From the NCBI GenBank assembly GCA_039028435.1, contig JBCCIC010000001.1, forward strand, positions 204,240-268,239: a DNA stretch of 64,000 nt. Direction: 5' to 3'. Made by a program: the position numbers and the translations under genes. Shown piece by piece: positions 9,809-19,700 of the stretch. The notes under the pieces were generated by a model. The model was not told where the DNA came from. It searched no databases and saw only the letters and a program-made list of their open reading frames with translations. Positions within the stretch are counted from its first letter, which is position 1; every line of letters starts with the position of its first letter. Source of the stretch: Actinomycetota bacterium (lineage in GTDB: Bacteria; Actinomycetota; Acidimicrobiia; Acidimicrobiales; UBA10347).

Positions 9809-11111
9809 GCGCAAACGGTAGCCCGGCCAACCGGTCGATATCGCGGTCGATCGCGAGGCGTCCTTCGTCGCCCTCCTCGACGTAGAAACCGACCAGCCCA
9901 ACGACGTGCCCGGAACGATTGCGTACCGGGAACTTCGACGTGCGGATCACGAAGCTGGTGCCATCCGGGCGGGTCTGGGATTCGCGGCGATCGATGACCG
10001 CCTCGCCACGCGTCAGGACGGCGAGGTCGTCGTAGCGATAGTGAAGCGCCTCGTCGATTCGGTGGAGGTCGAGGTCGCGATGGTCGAGGACGTCCGTGCG
10101 ACTCGACGCACCGACCCGTCGCCAATGGCTCTCGCTGGACCAGACGATACGACCATCGCGGGCCTTGACGAACACCGGCATCGGGACCACGTCGAGGGTC
10201 TGCAGAAACAGCGAGCCCGAAGGGGACTCGTGGTCGATGATCTCACTGATGCAGTCGACGTCGGCTGGTAGCCGAAACAGCGTTTCCGTTGCCCCGTCGA
10301 TGGTCGTCGGATCGGCGTCCAGGCCGCCGAAGGGCGTCTTCGAAACGCCTTCTCGGACGAGGTCGATTGCCAGCTCGGGTTCGACCGCCGGCGAGAAGAG
10401 GAAGCCTTGACCGCGATCACAGCCGATGGCCTGCAGCATCTCGAGTTGTTCGGCGCGTTCGATGCCCTCGGCGACGACCTTGAGATGCAACGAGTGCGCC
10501 AGGTCGATCACCTTTTCGACGATGATGCGATCGGTGGTCAGCCGGTCGGCCTGGTCGAGGAAGCACCGATCGACCTTGAGCTGGGTGAGCGGCAGCCATC
10601 GCAGCGTATCGAGCGACGACCAGCCGGTGCCGAAGTCGTCTATGGCCAGACCCACGCCGAGCCGCGACAGCTCGGCGAGGTTCGCCGACGGCACCGACGT
10701 CGAGTCGATGAAGTTGCGTTCGGTGATTTCGAGCGTGAGTTGGCGCGCCTCAACGCCGGACGCCCGGAGCTGCTGGTCGAGGCGAGCGCCGAACGTCGGG
10801 TCGCCGAGGCTGGCCGCAGTCACATTCACGGTCACACCAACCGGATCGCCCGCGTCGTGGCAACGGGCGACGAAGCCCAGCGCCTTCTCGATCATCCGAT
10901 GCGTGAAGCGACGCGAGAGACACGGCTCGTCCTCGATGCGCGGGATGAAGTGACCAGGGCCGATCACCTCGCCCGGCGCTGTCCGCAACCGGGCGAGGCC
11001 CTCGAAGCTGCGCACCTCGAGTGTCCGCAAGCAGACAATCGGCTGGAACCAGAGTTCGAAGGCGTCACGGTGAAGCGCCGCCTCGATCTCGGCCAACGTC
11101 AGAGAGTGCAT
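9783..11111 (-). CDS. EAL-domain c-di-GMP phosphodiesterase with a C-terminal PAS domain
   Basis: EAL signatures WFQPIV...FEGLARL...EITE...DDFGTGWSSL...KVDRCF...AEGIE...QGFLFS are followed by a PAS-like segment (PVFVKARDGRIVWSS...FVIRTSKFPVRNRSGHVVGLVGF). Confidence 0.8.
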   Translation of the reverse strand: MHSLTLAEIEAALHRDAFELWFQPIVCLRTLEVRSFEGLARLRTAPGEVIGPGHFIPRIEDEPCLSRRFTHRMIEKALGFVARCHDAGDPVGVTVNVTAASLGDPTFGARLDQQLRASGVEARQLTLEITERNFIDSTSVPSANLAELSRLGVGLAIDDFGTGWSSLDTLRWLPLTQLKVDRCFLDQADRLTTDRIIVEKVIDLAHSLHLKVVAEGIERAEQLEMLQAIGCDRGQGFLFSPAVEPELAIDLVREGVSKTPFGGLDADPTTIDGATETLFRLPADVDCISEIIDHESPSGSLFLQTLDVVPMPVFVKARDGRIVWSSESHWRRVGASSRTDVLDHRDLDLHRIDEALHYRYDDLAVLTRGEAVIDRRESQTRPDGTSFVIRTSKFPVRNRSGHVVGLVGFYVEEGDEGRLAIDRDIDRLAGLPFARGGGADPE

Positions 11112-11286
11112 TCCATCGACCTTGTCGGAGAGTTGTGCCGCCGGGATCACGGAAATCTCAAGTGAGAGAGAAATTCCATCGGCGGAACCGTAGCACGACT
11201 GCACACGTGTGCAACGCTTCGAACCCGTCTCACCGCATCACCGCCCGTGTGCCGCCGGCGCGGTGATCGAGGCGGCCGTTGAGCGA

Positions 11287-11979
11287 TCACCGCCGCGTGA
11301 CGATCCAGCGTCGAAGCCAAAGCTTGCGTGCGCCGACAGCAGCGCCGACGATGCCGGCGAGCCATCCCGGCGCACCGAGGATCGTGGCGATCCACCCTGC
11401 ACCGGCGGTGGCCAACAGAACCGTGGTCGCGTGCCCGATGGCGGGTTCGAGTGCGAGTTGGCGGGTCGGGTGGCGGCGGAGGGCTCCGAGTGCCGAGACG
11501 ATTGTCACGGCCGCTGTCGCCAGCACGATGTCGCCCGCAACGGCCAGCACGACCGCGACGATCAGGCCGATTCCGATGTAGGTACGCACGGCCGCGGGAT
11601 GATGATCGGGGGCACAGTCGAAGCCGACTTCAGGTGGTGCAGCCGACACGATGTGGCGGCGGTTGTACGTGATCACCCAGTACATGGCTTCGAGCCCGGC
11701 ACGCACCGGCCGCGTACGGCCGATGCGTTCGAGCACGGGAACCGACTCGCCGACGACGCTCAAGATGCCGTCCATCCCGTAGCGCACCGTGCCCGTCGCC
11801 GGGTCGTGCAGCGGAATGAAGTGGCGAGCGCGATCGAGGTCCAGGTCGTCGAGCGTCGCGTCGTCGATGGTGCTGAACGCCGCACGATCCGCCCACCCGA
11901 GTCCGGTGAAGACTGCGGTGTAACCGCGACAGAGCGGGCAGCAATCGTCGTAGAGAAAGCGGGCTTCGGCGGTGGTCAT
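11287..11979 (-). CDS. DCC1-like thiol-disulfide oxidoreductase (DUF393) with a C-terminal membrane extension
   Basis: N-terminal FLYDDCCPLCRGY (CxxC) is typical of the DCC family. The C-terminal ~100 aa are hydrophobic. Confidence 0.65.
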   Translation of the reverse strand: MTTAEARFLYDDCCPLCRGYTAVFTGLGWADRAAFSTIDDATLDDLDLDRARHFIPLHDPATGTVRYGMDGILSVVGESVPVLERIGRTRPVRAGLEAMYWVITYNRRHIVSAAPPEVGFDCAPDHHPAAVRTYIGIGLIVAVVLAVAGDIVLATAAVTIVSALGALRRHPTRQLALEPAIGHATTVLLATAGAGWIATILGAPGWLAGIVGAAVGARKLWLRRWIVTRR

Positions 11980-12012
11980 CTCGGCCTCCTGTGGTCGTCT
12001 TCGAGAGACAGT

Positions 12013-12045
12013 TTGAGCGTATGCTCAACTTAAGCAATCGCTCAA
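12013..12045. promoter_or_regulatory. Operator-like inverted repeat TTGAGC-N4-GCTCAA plus a third GCTCAA half-site
   Basis: It lies in an A/T-richer patch between the divergent DCC-family and rhodanese genes. TTGAGCGTATGCTCAA is at 12013-12028 and a further GCTCAA is at 12040-12045. Confidence 0.35.
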
Positions 12046-12114
12046 ACAATGTCAACCCCCGGCGGCGTGGGCGACCGTTCGGCCCAGCCCGGTGTCGGCC
12101 CGTAGGGTGTCGGC

Positions 12115-12507
12115 ATGGGGATCATGGAGCAGGCCGAGCAGGCGTTGACCGAGGTCGAGCGCGTCTCTGCCGAGGAGGCGGTCGCCCGCCGGGGCGACGA
12201 CAAACTCGTGTTCGTCGATGTGCGCGATATCCGGGAGGTCGAACAGACCGACACCATCGAGGGTTCGGTGCACGCGCCACGAGGAATGATCGAGTTCTGG
12301 TTCGATCCGGGCAGCCCGTATCACCGGGAGATGTATGCCGACCCGGACACGACGTTCGTGCTGTTCTGCAACGGCGACCCGCGGTCCGCCCTGTCCGCCA
12401 AGGCGTTGCAGGACCTCGGCATTGGCAACGTGGCGCAACTCGCCGGCGGGATGCCCGCATGGCGCGAAGCCGGCGGACCGACCGTGGAGAAGAAGCGCCG
12501 AAGCTGA
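12115..12507 (+). CDS. Rhodanese-domain sulfurtransferase
   Basis: VFVDVRDIREVE...GSVHAPRG...FVLFCNGDPRSALSAKAL...GGMPAWREAG matches a rhodanese fold with an active-site Cys loop. Confidence 0.75.
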   Translation: MGIMEQAEQALTEVERVSAEEAVARRGDDKLVFVDVRDIREVEQTDTIEGSVHAPRGMIEFWFDPGSPYHREMYADPDTTFVLFCNGDPRSALSAKALQDLGIGNVAQLAGGMPAWREAGGPTVEKKRRS

Positions 12508-12511
12508 CGCG

Positions 12512-13186
12512 CTAGTCGCCCTCCGGACGGAACGGTCCGTACTGGGTGAATGCGTCGTCGAGCAGTCGGGCCGGGTCGCCTTCCCAGTCGAGCGCTTCGA
12601 CCTGTGAACGAGTTCGCCGGCCGGTGACACTGCGCAGGAAGTCAGTCGGCGTGGTCTGCAGATGGAGCGGCGCCGAGCCCTCGGTTGGCGCTGTCGCCTC
12701 GCCGTCGAGTGTGATCGTCAGCGCGATGTCGCAGGCTTTGGCCGCACGTTCCTGGAGCAGCGGCACGTATCGCTCGCAGCCGGCGAGCGTCGCTTCGATC
12801 GGTGGCGGGGAGACCGAGTCGATGGCCTCGGCGATGTCGTGGGTGTGTACGGCCAGATCCGCCGTCAGCCCGAGCGCGTAGACCTCGCGTCCCTCGAAGT
12901 AGTCGGCGATCCCGTCGGCGTTGTTCGCCCACTCGTCGCAGATCTCACCGAGCGTCATTCCGCGCCGCTCCCCCACCTGCCGAGCGGTCATTTCATCGGT
13001 GCCGAGCGGTGGCTGCACACCCGCGAGTAAGTCCGCGACCAGACCGGACACGTGCGCCACGACGTCAGACACGCTCCATCCCGGACAGGTCGGAACGGGC
13101 GCACCCGCCTCAACCTCATCGAGCACCCGCAGCTCCGCGATAAGCCGGTCACGAGCTGCGGCATAGAGGTCGGTCGGGTTGGACAT
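12512..13186 (-). CDS. Mycothiol-dependent maleylpyruvate-isomerase-like (MDMPI N-terminal / DinB-fold) protein
   Basis: PTCPGWSVSDVVAHVSG is typical of the actinobacterial MDMPI_N family. I chose the internal ATG (MSNPTDLYAAARD...) because the upstream 48 codons are Arg/Ser-rich and look non-coding. Confidence 0.65.
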   Translation of the reverse strand: MSNPTDLYAAARDRLIAELRVLDEVEAGAPVPTCPGWSVSDVVAHVSGLVADLLAGVQPPLGTDEMTARQVGERRGMTLGEICDEWANNADGIADYFEGREVYALGLTADLAVHTHDIAEAIDSVSPPPIEATLAGCERYVPLLQERAAKACDIALTITLDGEATAPTEGSAPLHLQTTPTDFLRSVTGRRTRSQVEALDWEGDPARLLDDAFTQYGPFRPEGD

Positions 13187-13274
13187 GCCTCGCACGGTAC
13201 GCGCCAACTCACCATCGGGGTCAGTCAGCAGACCTCGAACCGCCCGCCGACGCAGCGGTCGACTTCCACACCGA

Positions 13275-14675
13275 CTAGACGAAGACGCCGGTTGTCTCCA
13301 CAAGTACGCCCGTGAGAAGTGGGAAGACAATGGCCACTGTCTGCTCGACCCACGCGCTCGCCGACGATGTGAGTCCGAGCTTCACGCCCAATTCGTTGCG
13401 CCGAGCCACGCGCTCAAGCTCTTTCGGACCGATCGGCTGTCCGGGCCGAGAAACACGATCCCCGCCATCATCGGGTGCTTCGAGGAGCGCCCGGCTCCCG
13501 ATCCGCTCGGAATGCAGCAGCGCCGGGCCGGCGACCGCGGCGAGCAACAATGCAAAGAAGAAGCCGAGTATGACGGTGACAATGCCCACGTGTTCTTCCG
13601 TCACGCCGCCAAGCTCGGCAACCTCAAGGTTGAGCGTGATCGCGCCGTGAGTTGCCAGTCGCTTGACGTTCAACGCGACCATGACGGCAACGGCCACTGC
13701 GAAGATTGCCGACAACAGGACGACCGTCAGACGTGCCCGGAAGCGGACGTACCGGACACGAGCGTGCAGAACCACCCAGTGCGACCGCTTGTCCCGCAAC
13801 CCCTCGAGGTCGATGTTCATCGTCTCGAAGAGGATGCCAGCCGCGAGCCCGACCGCAATCGTCACCAGCACGATTGCGATGCAGAGGTGCAGTTCGCGAC
13901 CTTCCTCGCCTGCGGCCACAAAGGAAAGCAGCCCGACCAAAAGGGCGAACCCGATCGCCGGAGCGGCAATCGAGTCACCGACGAGATCAAGCTCATAGTC
14001 CGGGTCAAGCCGGCGGATCTCTCGAGTCGTCTCGTCTCCCAGCTGCTGCCGCAGCACTACGAACCGATTCGGTCGGTGCCGGATGGCCCAAAGTGCGCCG
14101 ATGGCAAGGGTTGAGATTGACCCGAGCGCAGCGATTGCCATGACACTGACGGTCGCCTCACCCAAGCGACTCCCGTCCCACAGCGTGCATTCGGCCCGCC
14201 TGCCCTCGTCCGCATTGGCTTCGATCACGACCTCACCCCGGGCATATTGAGGGATGCCTACGTGGTCGGAGCGAAAGCCTCGGTAGAGATCCTCTGCGGG
14301 CCCGCAGATGCCCGGAGTCTGGCTCGCTCCATCGTCGTCTCTCGATGAGGGGGCCTCCGTCGAGTCCTGATCGCTCAGCTTCGTATCGATGCGAGCAATG
14401 TCCTCGTTGCTGAGTACGCCGTCGTCGTACAGATCTGCAAACTGGCTACGAACGATGCCGTCGTTGACGAACGCTCCAAGAGCCATCAGCACAATTGCCA
14501 CGGCAGCGGCTACCACGGAGGTGATGATCACGTTGCTCGGCTCGAAGGCCCTTCGCAGTTCACTCGCTTTCAACTCAGCCTCGAGGACATTTGACCGTCC
14601 TGATGCCGGCGTTGGTTGCTCGTCTCGGACATCGACGCCCGTAGCTTCGTCGCCTGGATTGCTCTCCTCAGCCAT
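13275..14675 (-). CDS. Hypothetical multi-pass membrane protein with a ~130-aa extracytoplasmic loop
   Basis: About 466 aa with at least 6 hydrophobic helices. GGGGAG lies upstream of the ATG. No family recognised. G+C is slightly lower than in the neighbours, by eye. Confidence 0.5.
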   Translation of the reverse strand: MAEESNPGDEATGVDVRDEQPTPASGRSNVLEAELKASELRRAFEPSNVIITSVVAAAVAIVLMALGAFVNDGIVRSQFADLYDDGVLSNEDIARIDTKLSDQDSTEAPSSRDDDGASQTPGICGPAEDLYRGFRSDHVGIPQYARGEVVIEANADEGRRAECTLWDGSRLGEATVSVMAIAALGSISTLAIGALWAIRHRPNRFVVLRQQLGDETTREIRRLDPDYELDLVGDSIAAPAIGFALLVGLLSFVAAGEEGRELHLCIAIVLVTIAVGLAAGILFETMNIDLEGLRDKRSHWVVLHARVRYVRFRARLTVVLLSAIFAVAVAVMVALNVKRLATHGAITLNLEVAELGGVTEEHVGIVTVILGFFFALLLAAVAGPALLHSERIGSRALLEAPDDGGDRVSRPGQPIGPKELERVARRNELGVKLGLTSSASAWVEQTVAIVFPLLTGVLVETTGVFV

Positions 14676-14852
14676 TGTGCTCCCCACGGCCACAGTGACG
14701 GATCCACGGGCGGCGGGTCAGCGCGATGGTGCGCAGAACAACGATGCAGATTCGCCTGATGCGAAGCGGGCAACCGTTGCGCTTCGGTTTGCTCGATTCG
14801 GCGACAGCGCGACACGTTTTTGAGAGGTCAACCAGCTTCGTCGCTCAGGCCG

Positions 14853-15701
14853 TCACCGCGTCCGGTCCTCCCCGGCAGCGGACGAGACGGCTGCGGTCGA
14901 CCGGAACGCGCCGGGGGTCGTCCCGGACACTCGTTTGAACCAGCGTCCGAACTGACTTGCGTCGGCGAAGCCGAGGGCAACGGCAATGCTCGCCGCGCTG
15001 TCGCTCGTCTGGAGTAAGCGGCGGCGCGCCTCGGTCAGCGTCCGCTCGGCGATGAGATCCTTGGGGCTGTAGCCGAGGCGCTCCGCAGTGACGGCGCTGA
15101 GGTGCGCGGCACTCACGCCGAGCTGTTCAGCGTGGCTCCGGACCGAACGGCGATAGCCACCCTCGGCGTCGATCGATTCGAGGAAGGCATCGACCAGGTC
15201 GGCATCGCGCGACGTCGGATCCATCGCCGGAGCCCAGGTGCACAGCTGGACGACCAACGCGCTGACGTAGGCCGACGTCACGGTGCCGCCGGTGTCGTCT
15301 TCCTCGAATCGACGCTTGGCCGCGTAGGCCAACACGTCGATCGTCGACGCCTCGGAGTGCGGAATCGGGATCGGCCCGGCTCGCTCGAGATGGCGCACTT
15401 GGCGAGCGACTTCGTCGACCGAGCCCGACTTCAACCCGATGACCCACAGCGAGAGCGGACCGGTGACCAGCCATCGATGGAGCGCTCCCGCCGGCACGAC
15501 GAACGCGGCGGGAGCGTCGAACTCGATGCTGCGATCATCGACCTCGAGTACCCCGGACCCGTCGATGAGATACAGCTCCGGGTGGGGGTGCCGGTGCAGA
15601 TCGGTGACGATCGGCGGCGTTGTGTCCATGTCCGCCCACGTCGCGCTCCCAACGTAGATCGGCAGGAACGGGAACCCGTAGGACGGCACCTCGGTTGCCA
15701 C
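14853..15701 (-). CDS. AraC-family transcriptional regulator with an N-terminal cupin domain
   Basis: C-terminal double HTH: SVRSHAEQLGVSAAHLSAVTAERLGYSPKDLI...SIAVALGFADASQFGRWFKRVSGTTPGAFR. Confidence 0.85.
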   Translation of the reverse strand: MATEVPSYGFPFLPIYVGSATWADMDTTPPIVTDLHRHPHPELYLIDGSGVLEVDDRSIEFDAPAAFVVPAGALHRWLVTGPLSLWVIGLKSGSVDEVARQVRHLERAGPIPIPHSEASTIDVLAYAAKRRFEEDDTGGTVTSAYVSALVVQLCTWAPAMDPTSRDADLVDAFLESIDAEGGYRRSVRSHAEQLGVSAAHLSAVTAERLGYSPKDLIAERTLTEARRRLLQTSDSAASIAVALGFADASQFGRWFKRVSGTTPGAFRSTAAVSSAAGEDRTR

Positions 15702-15720
15702 GACAACCTTCTAGCAGAGG

Positions 15721-16593
15721 TCAGCGCGCCTCGACCCGCCGGAACCGCCGGGCTCCGGCGAGCATCATGCCGCCGCCGGCGAAGAGCGTTGCACCGACGA
15801 TGGCGAGCGCCGTCGAGGAGGAACCGGTGAACGCCAACTCATCGGGTGCACCTGGCGCGGGCTTGACGGACAGCGATGCGTAGCCACCGGCGATCGGGTA
15901 CGAACCGACGAAGTCTTGGTAGACGTCGCTCGCCGTGAAGTCGGCGTCGGTGGCGATGGCGGCGAACTTCTCCTGGCTCTCGTAGACCGTCATGCCGACG
16001 GCGAAGGGCTGCCCGGTCGCCGACACCCATTGGTACTCGGCGAGCCAGCCGTCCTGCTCGGCGAGTGCGGCGAGGTAGGCGTCGCGGGCGGTCTCGTAGG
16101 CGCCCTGGTCGAAGTCGTCGTAGGAGGACAGGTCACGCCAGGCGACCTCCAGGACCTGACCCGGCTCGGTCGCGATCCGGGTGATGTCGACGGGCGCTCC
16201 GTCAAGCGGCGTGAGCAGATCGAAGAACTCGCCTTCGAAGGTTGGGAAGTACGCCGAAGTGAGCGCTTCGTCGACCGACGATGCCGCGGTCTGGAACTCG
16301 GCGAGGGAGGTACCAGAGGTCATGCCGATGAAGACCGGCGGCTCCGGCTGGGAGAACGTCAGGAAGGAGATGAACGGCTCGAACTCGCGATCGGCGGTGA
16401 TGCCGGGCTGGGCTTCGAGGTCGGCGACGTACGCGTCACGCGTCGCTTCGAACGTCGCTTGGTCTGCCGTCACCTTGCGCACGACGAGCGCGGTGACCGG
16501 ACCATCGGCTTGGGCGTCAGCGCGGGGCCCGACGCCGATGACGAGCAAGGCGCCGAGCGCGAGGAGGACGATTTTGCGGAGGTGCTGGTGCAT
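15721..16593 (-). CDS. Secreted, probably sortase-anchored surface protein (LAFTG sorting signal)
   Basis: Signal peptide MHQHLRKIVLLALGALLVIGVGPRADA. The C-terminus has LAFTG (15823-15837), a hydrophobic stretch and then RRFRRVEAR. The mature part looks like two ABM/Dabb-like repeats. Confidence 0.65.
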   Translation of the reverse strand: MHQHLRKIVLLALGALLVIGVGPRADAQADGPVTALVVRKVTADQATFEATRDAYVADLEAQPGITADREFEPFISFLTFSQPEPPVFIGMTSGTSLAEFQTAASSVDEALTSAYFPTFEGEFFDLLTPLDGAPVDITRIATEPGQVLEVAWRDLSSYDDFDQGAYETARDAYLAALAEQDGWLAEYQWVSATGQPFAVGMTVYESQEKFAAIATDADFTASDVYQDFVGSYPIAGGYASLSVKPAPGAPDELAFTGSSSTALAIVGATLFAGGGMMLAGARRFRRVEAR

Positions 16594-16755
16594 GCACCAA
16601 CCGTGCACGTGGTCGGCCACCGGCACATGAGCGAGACCTCACGAAACGTGGACGATCGGACGAACGGGATCGTTGAATTCACCTGCGCATCGAGTCACGG
16701 CCAGGCTCCGACGCCGCTTGATCGACCGAGGCGACTTCGGTGCAACGACGTTTCG

Positions 16756-19700
16756 TCAGCCCGGATCCTCGACGCGGCCGGCTTCGATCTGCTCGTCGGT
16801 CGCATCGGGACCGGGCCAGCAGCGGTTGTCCTCGAGCAGGATTTCCCACGGGTCACACTCCGGGCCGTCACCGAAGTCCGCTGCGACGACCCCTGGCCCC
16901 ACGCACCAATCCGCTTCGACGAAGCCGGCGACGCATCGGGCGATGATCAGTGCGTCGACGATGTCGGCTCGACCGTCGTCGTTCACGTCGGCGCCGAGCG
17001 TGCTGATCGCATCGCTGCCCTGCTGCGCCCCGACGCCGCACAACAGCTCGCCCGGCCGGACGGCCACCTCGAACTGCGCCGTGACCATGGCGTCGACGAT
17101 GTCCACCTCCCCGCTGCAGTCGGCGTCACCCACGATGGTCGCGTCCACCACGTTCGGGGGCACGACGGGGCTGGCGACGAAGCCGATCGTCACGTCGCCC
17201 GCAACGTCCTGCACCACGTCGGTCGGAGCGACCTCGAACCCCGGTTGTGGATCGACCATTGCCGTGACGGAACACCCCTCGTACAACTCGAACGAGAAGC
17301 TCCCGCCGCCGGCGGCGACGAGGCCGGCGATCTCGACGATGCCCGGGTTGGCGATGAAACACGGCCTCGCCGCGCTGGCCCGAACTGACCAGTCGGCGTT
17401 CGGCGTCCCGTCGGCGACGTCGACGCTGATGGTGACGGTGCGCTCCGAGACCTCGAACGACCCGGCATCGCAGCCGATCGCCCCGGCTGGCGTGCGCGGC
17501 TCGCCTCGCTGGTCCGACGTCAGGGCGCCGTCATTGGACAGCGCAATCGGCACGTCGGTGCAGGTGCCGGCGCCGAACGCGGGCGAATCCACCGTGATGG
17601 CCCGAGTCTCGACACAGCCGAAGTCGATGGTGCTCGGTTGCCCGGCGGCACCGGCGACGAACCCGACCGCCTGTTCCGCACCGCACCCGTTGTCCGCCAA
17701 CGGCGCGAGCGTTGCATCGCCGCCGCCGAAGCACGACCCGACGTTCGCGCCTTCGTCATCGATCGCACCACACGCGCCGTTGACCACGCTCGAAACGACG
17801 TCGACATTTGCGGCCACCGAGTCGATCGCCGTCTGGCCGCCGTCAAGCGTCGAGTTGGCGATCGAGAGGCTGACCAGATCGGCAACCACCACGTTCGTGT
17901 CGTTGCTGAGCGTCGAATTCGTGATCACGGACCGAGCGGCGTTCGTTCCCACGCTGACACCGACCGGCGCACCCTCGATCGTCGACCCCCTGAGGAGGAG
18001 CGATGCGCCCGGACTCCCGAGCGTGGCACCGGCGACCGAGGCATCACGAATCGTCGTGTTCCGGATCACGACCCGCGACAGCGCCGAGCTCACGCCCGTG
18101 TGGACATTGCTGATCGTCGAGGAGTCGACGGTGACCTGCGCCTGGGGGAAGACCCGAACGCCGAAGTTGACGTCGTCGAAGAACGACCGCTCGATCAGCA
18201 CCGTGGTTCCCGAACCGAAGTCCTCCGCCCTGACGGCGGTGGTGGCTGCGCCGACGATGACCACTTCGGAGATGACCACGTCGCCTTCGTCGACCACGAT
18301 GCCCTCGTTCACATCGACGATCACGAGGTCCGTGATCGTCACCGGCCGCCGTGACTCGACGACGAGTCCGTCGATGCCCGCATCGCCGCTGAGCCGATGG
18401 CCATCGCCGTCGATCGTGAGTGCGAAGTCGGCGGCTGCCTGTGTGACGGTGGTCGGCGTCGCCACGAGCGCGATGTCGCCGGCGATGGTGATGGTGACGT
18501 CCGCAGCTGTCTCGGCCGCGTTGTAGCAGAAGATGGCCAGGTTCAAGTCGTCCTCGGTCGCCACCGTGGACGGTGCCTGTGCACAGTCGAATTCGTAGGC
18601 ACCCGCGTCGCAGCCGACCGCCCCCACCGGGGTTCGCGGGTCACCGCGCTGGTCCGTTGCCAGATCCTCGAGGACTTGCTCGCCGGCCTCGGTCAGACCA
18701 ACCGGCACCTGGCTGCACGTGCCGACTCCGAGGGCGGCCGAACCGGCGTCGATGGCCCGAGTCTCCACGCAGCCTGTGGTGATGGTGCTCGGCTCACCCG
18801 CAACGCCGGCGACGAAGCCCACCACCTGCTCGGTGACGCACCCGTTGTCCGCCAACGGGGCAAGCGTCGCATCGTCGCCGCCGAAGCATGAACCGACATT
18901 CGTACCATCGTCGCCCAGAGCGGCGCAGGTTCCATTCACCACGCTCGAGACGACGGTGACGTTCGCAGCCGGTGACACGATCGCCACGTCACCGCCTGCC
19001 AGCGACGAGTTGGCGATCGCCACCGAGCTCGGCTCGTCGACCGACACGTCGGTGTCGTTCTCCAGCGTCGAGTTCGTCACGACGATCAGTGCGCTTTCGC
19101 CGCGCACACCGACCGGCGCGCCGTCGATCGTCGAGGAGGCGACGACGACCGACGCACCGGGCGATCCAACCGCCACGCCGACCGACGCAGCGTCGCGGAC
19201 CGTCGAGTTCCTGATCTCGATCTCCGACTCGCTCGAGTCAACACCCGTCGTCGTGTTGACGATCGTCGAGGCGTCGACGAGGACCTCGGCTCCGAGCGCC
19301 CGAATGCCGACATCGGCGCCATCCACGAACGAGCGCTCGATGATCACCTGCCTCGCGCTGGCGTCAAAATTCTCGACGTCCAGAGCCGCGGCCTCGGCCC
19401 CGGTAACGACCACCTGCGAGATGGTGACCGCCGGCGAGATGATGACATCGCCGTCTTGAATCACGATGCCGCGCCGCACGTCGGAAACCACGAGATCCGT
19501 CACTGTCACCGGCACGCCCGACTGAATATCGAGTCCGTCGATGCCCGCGCCGCCGCTGAGGCGGTGACCCTGCCCGTCGATCGTCAGCTCGCTGCGGGCC
19601 GGATTCGTGGTGACAGCGATCGGTGTCTGGCCAAGTGCGATGTCGTTCGCCAGCGTGATCGTGTAGTCGCCTTCGGTCGTTGCGGCGTTGTAACAGAAGA

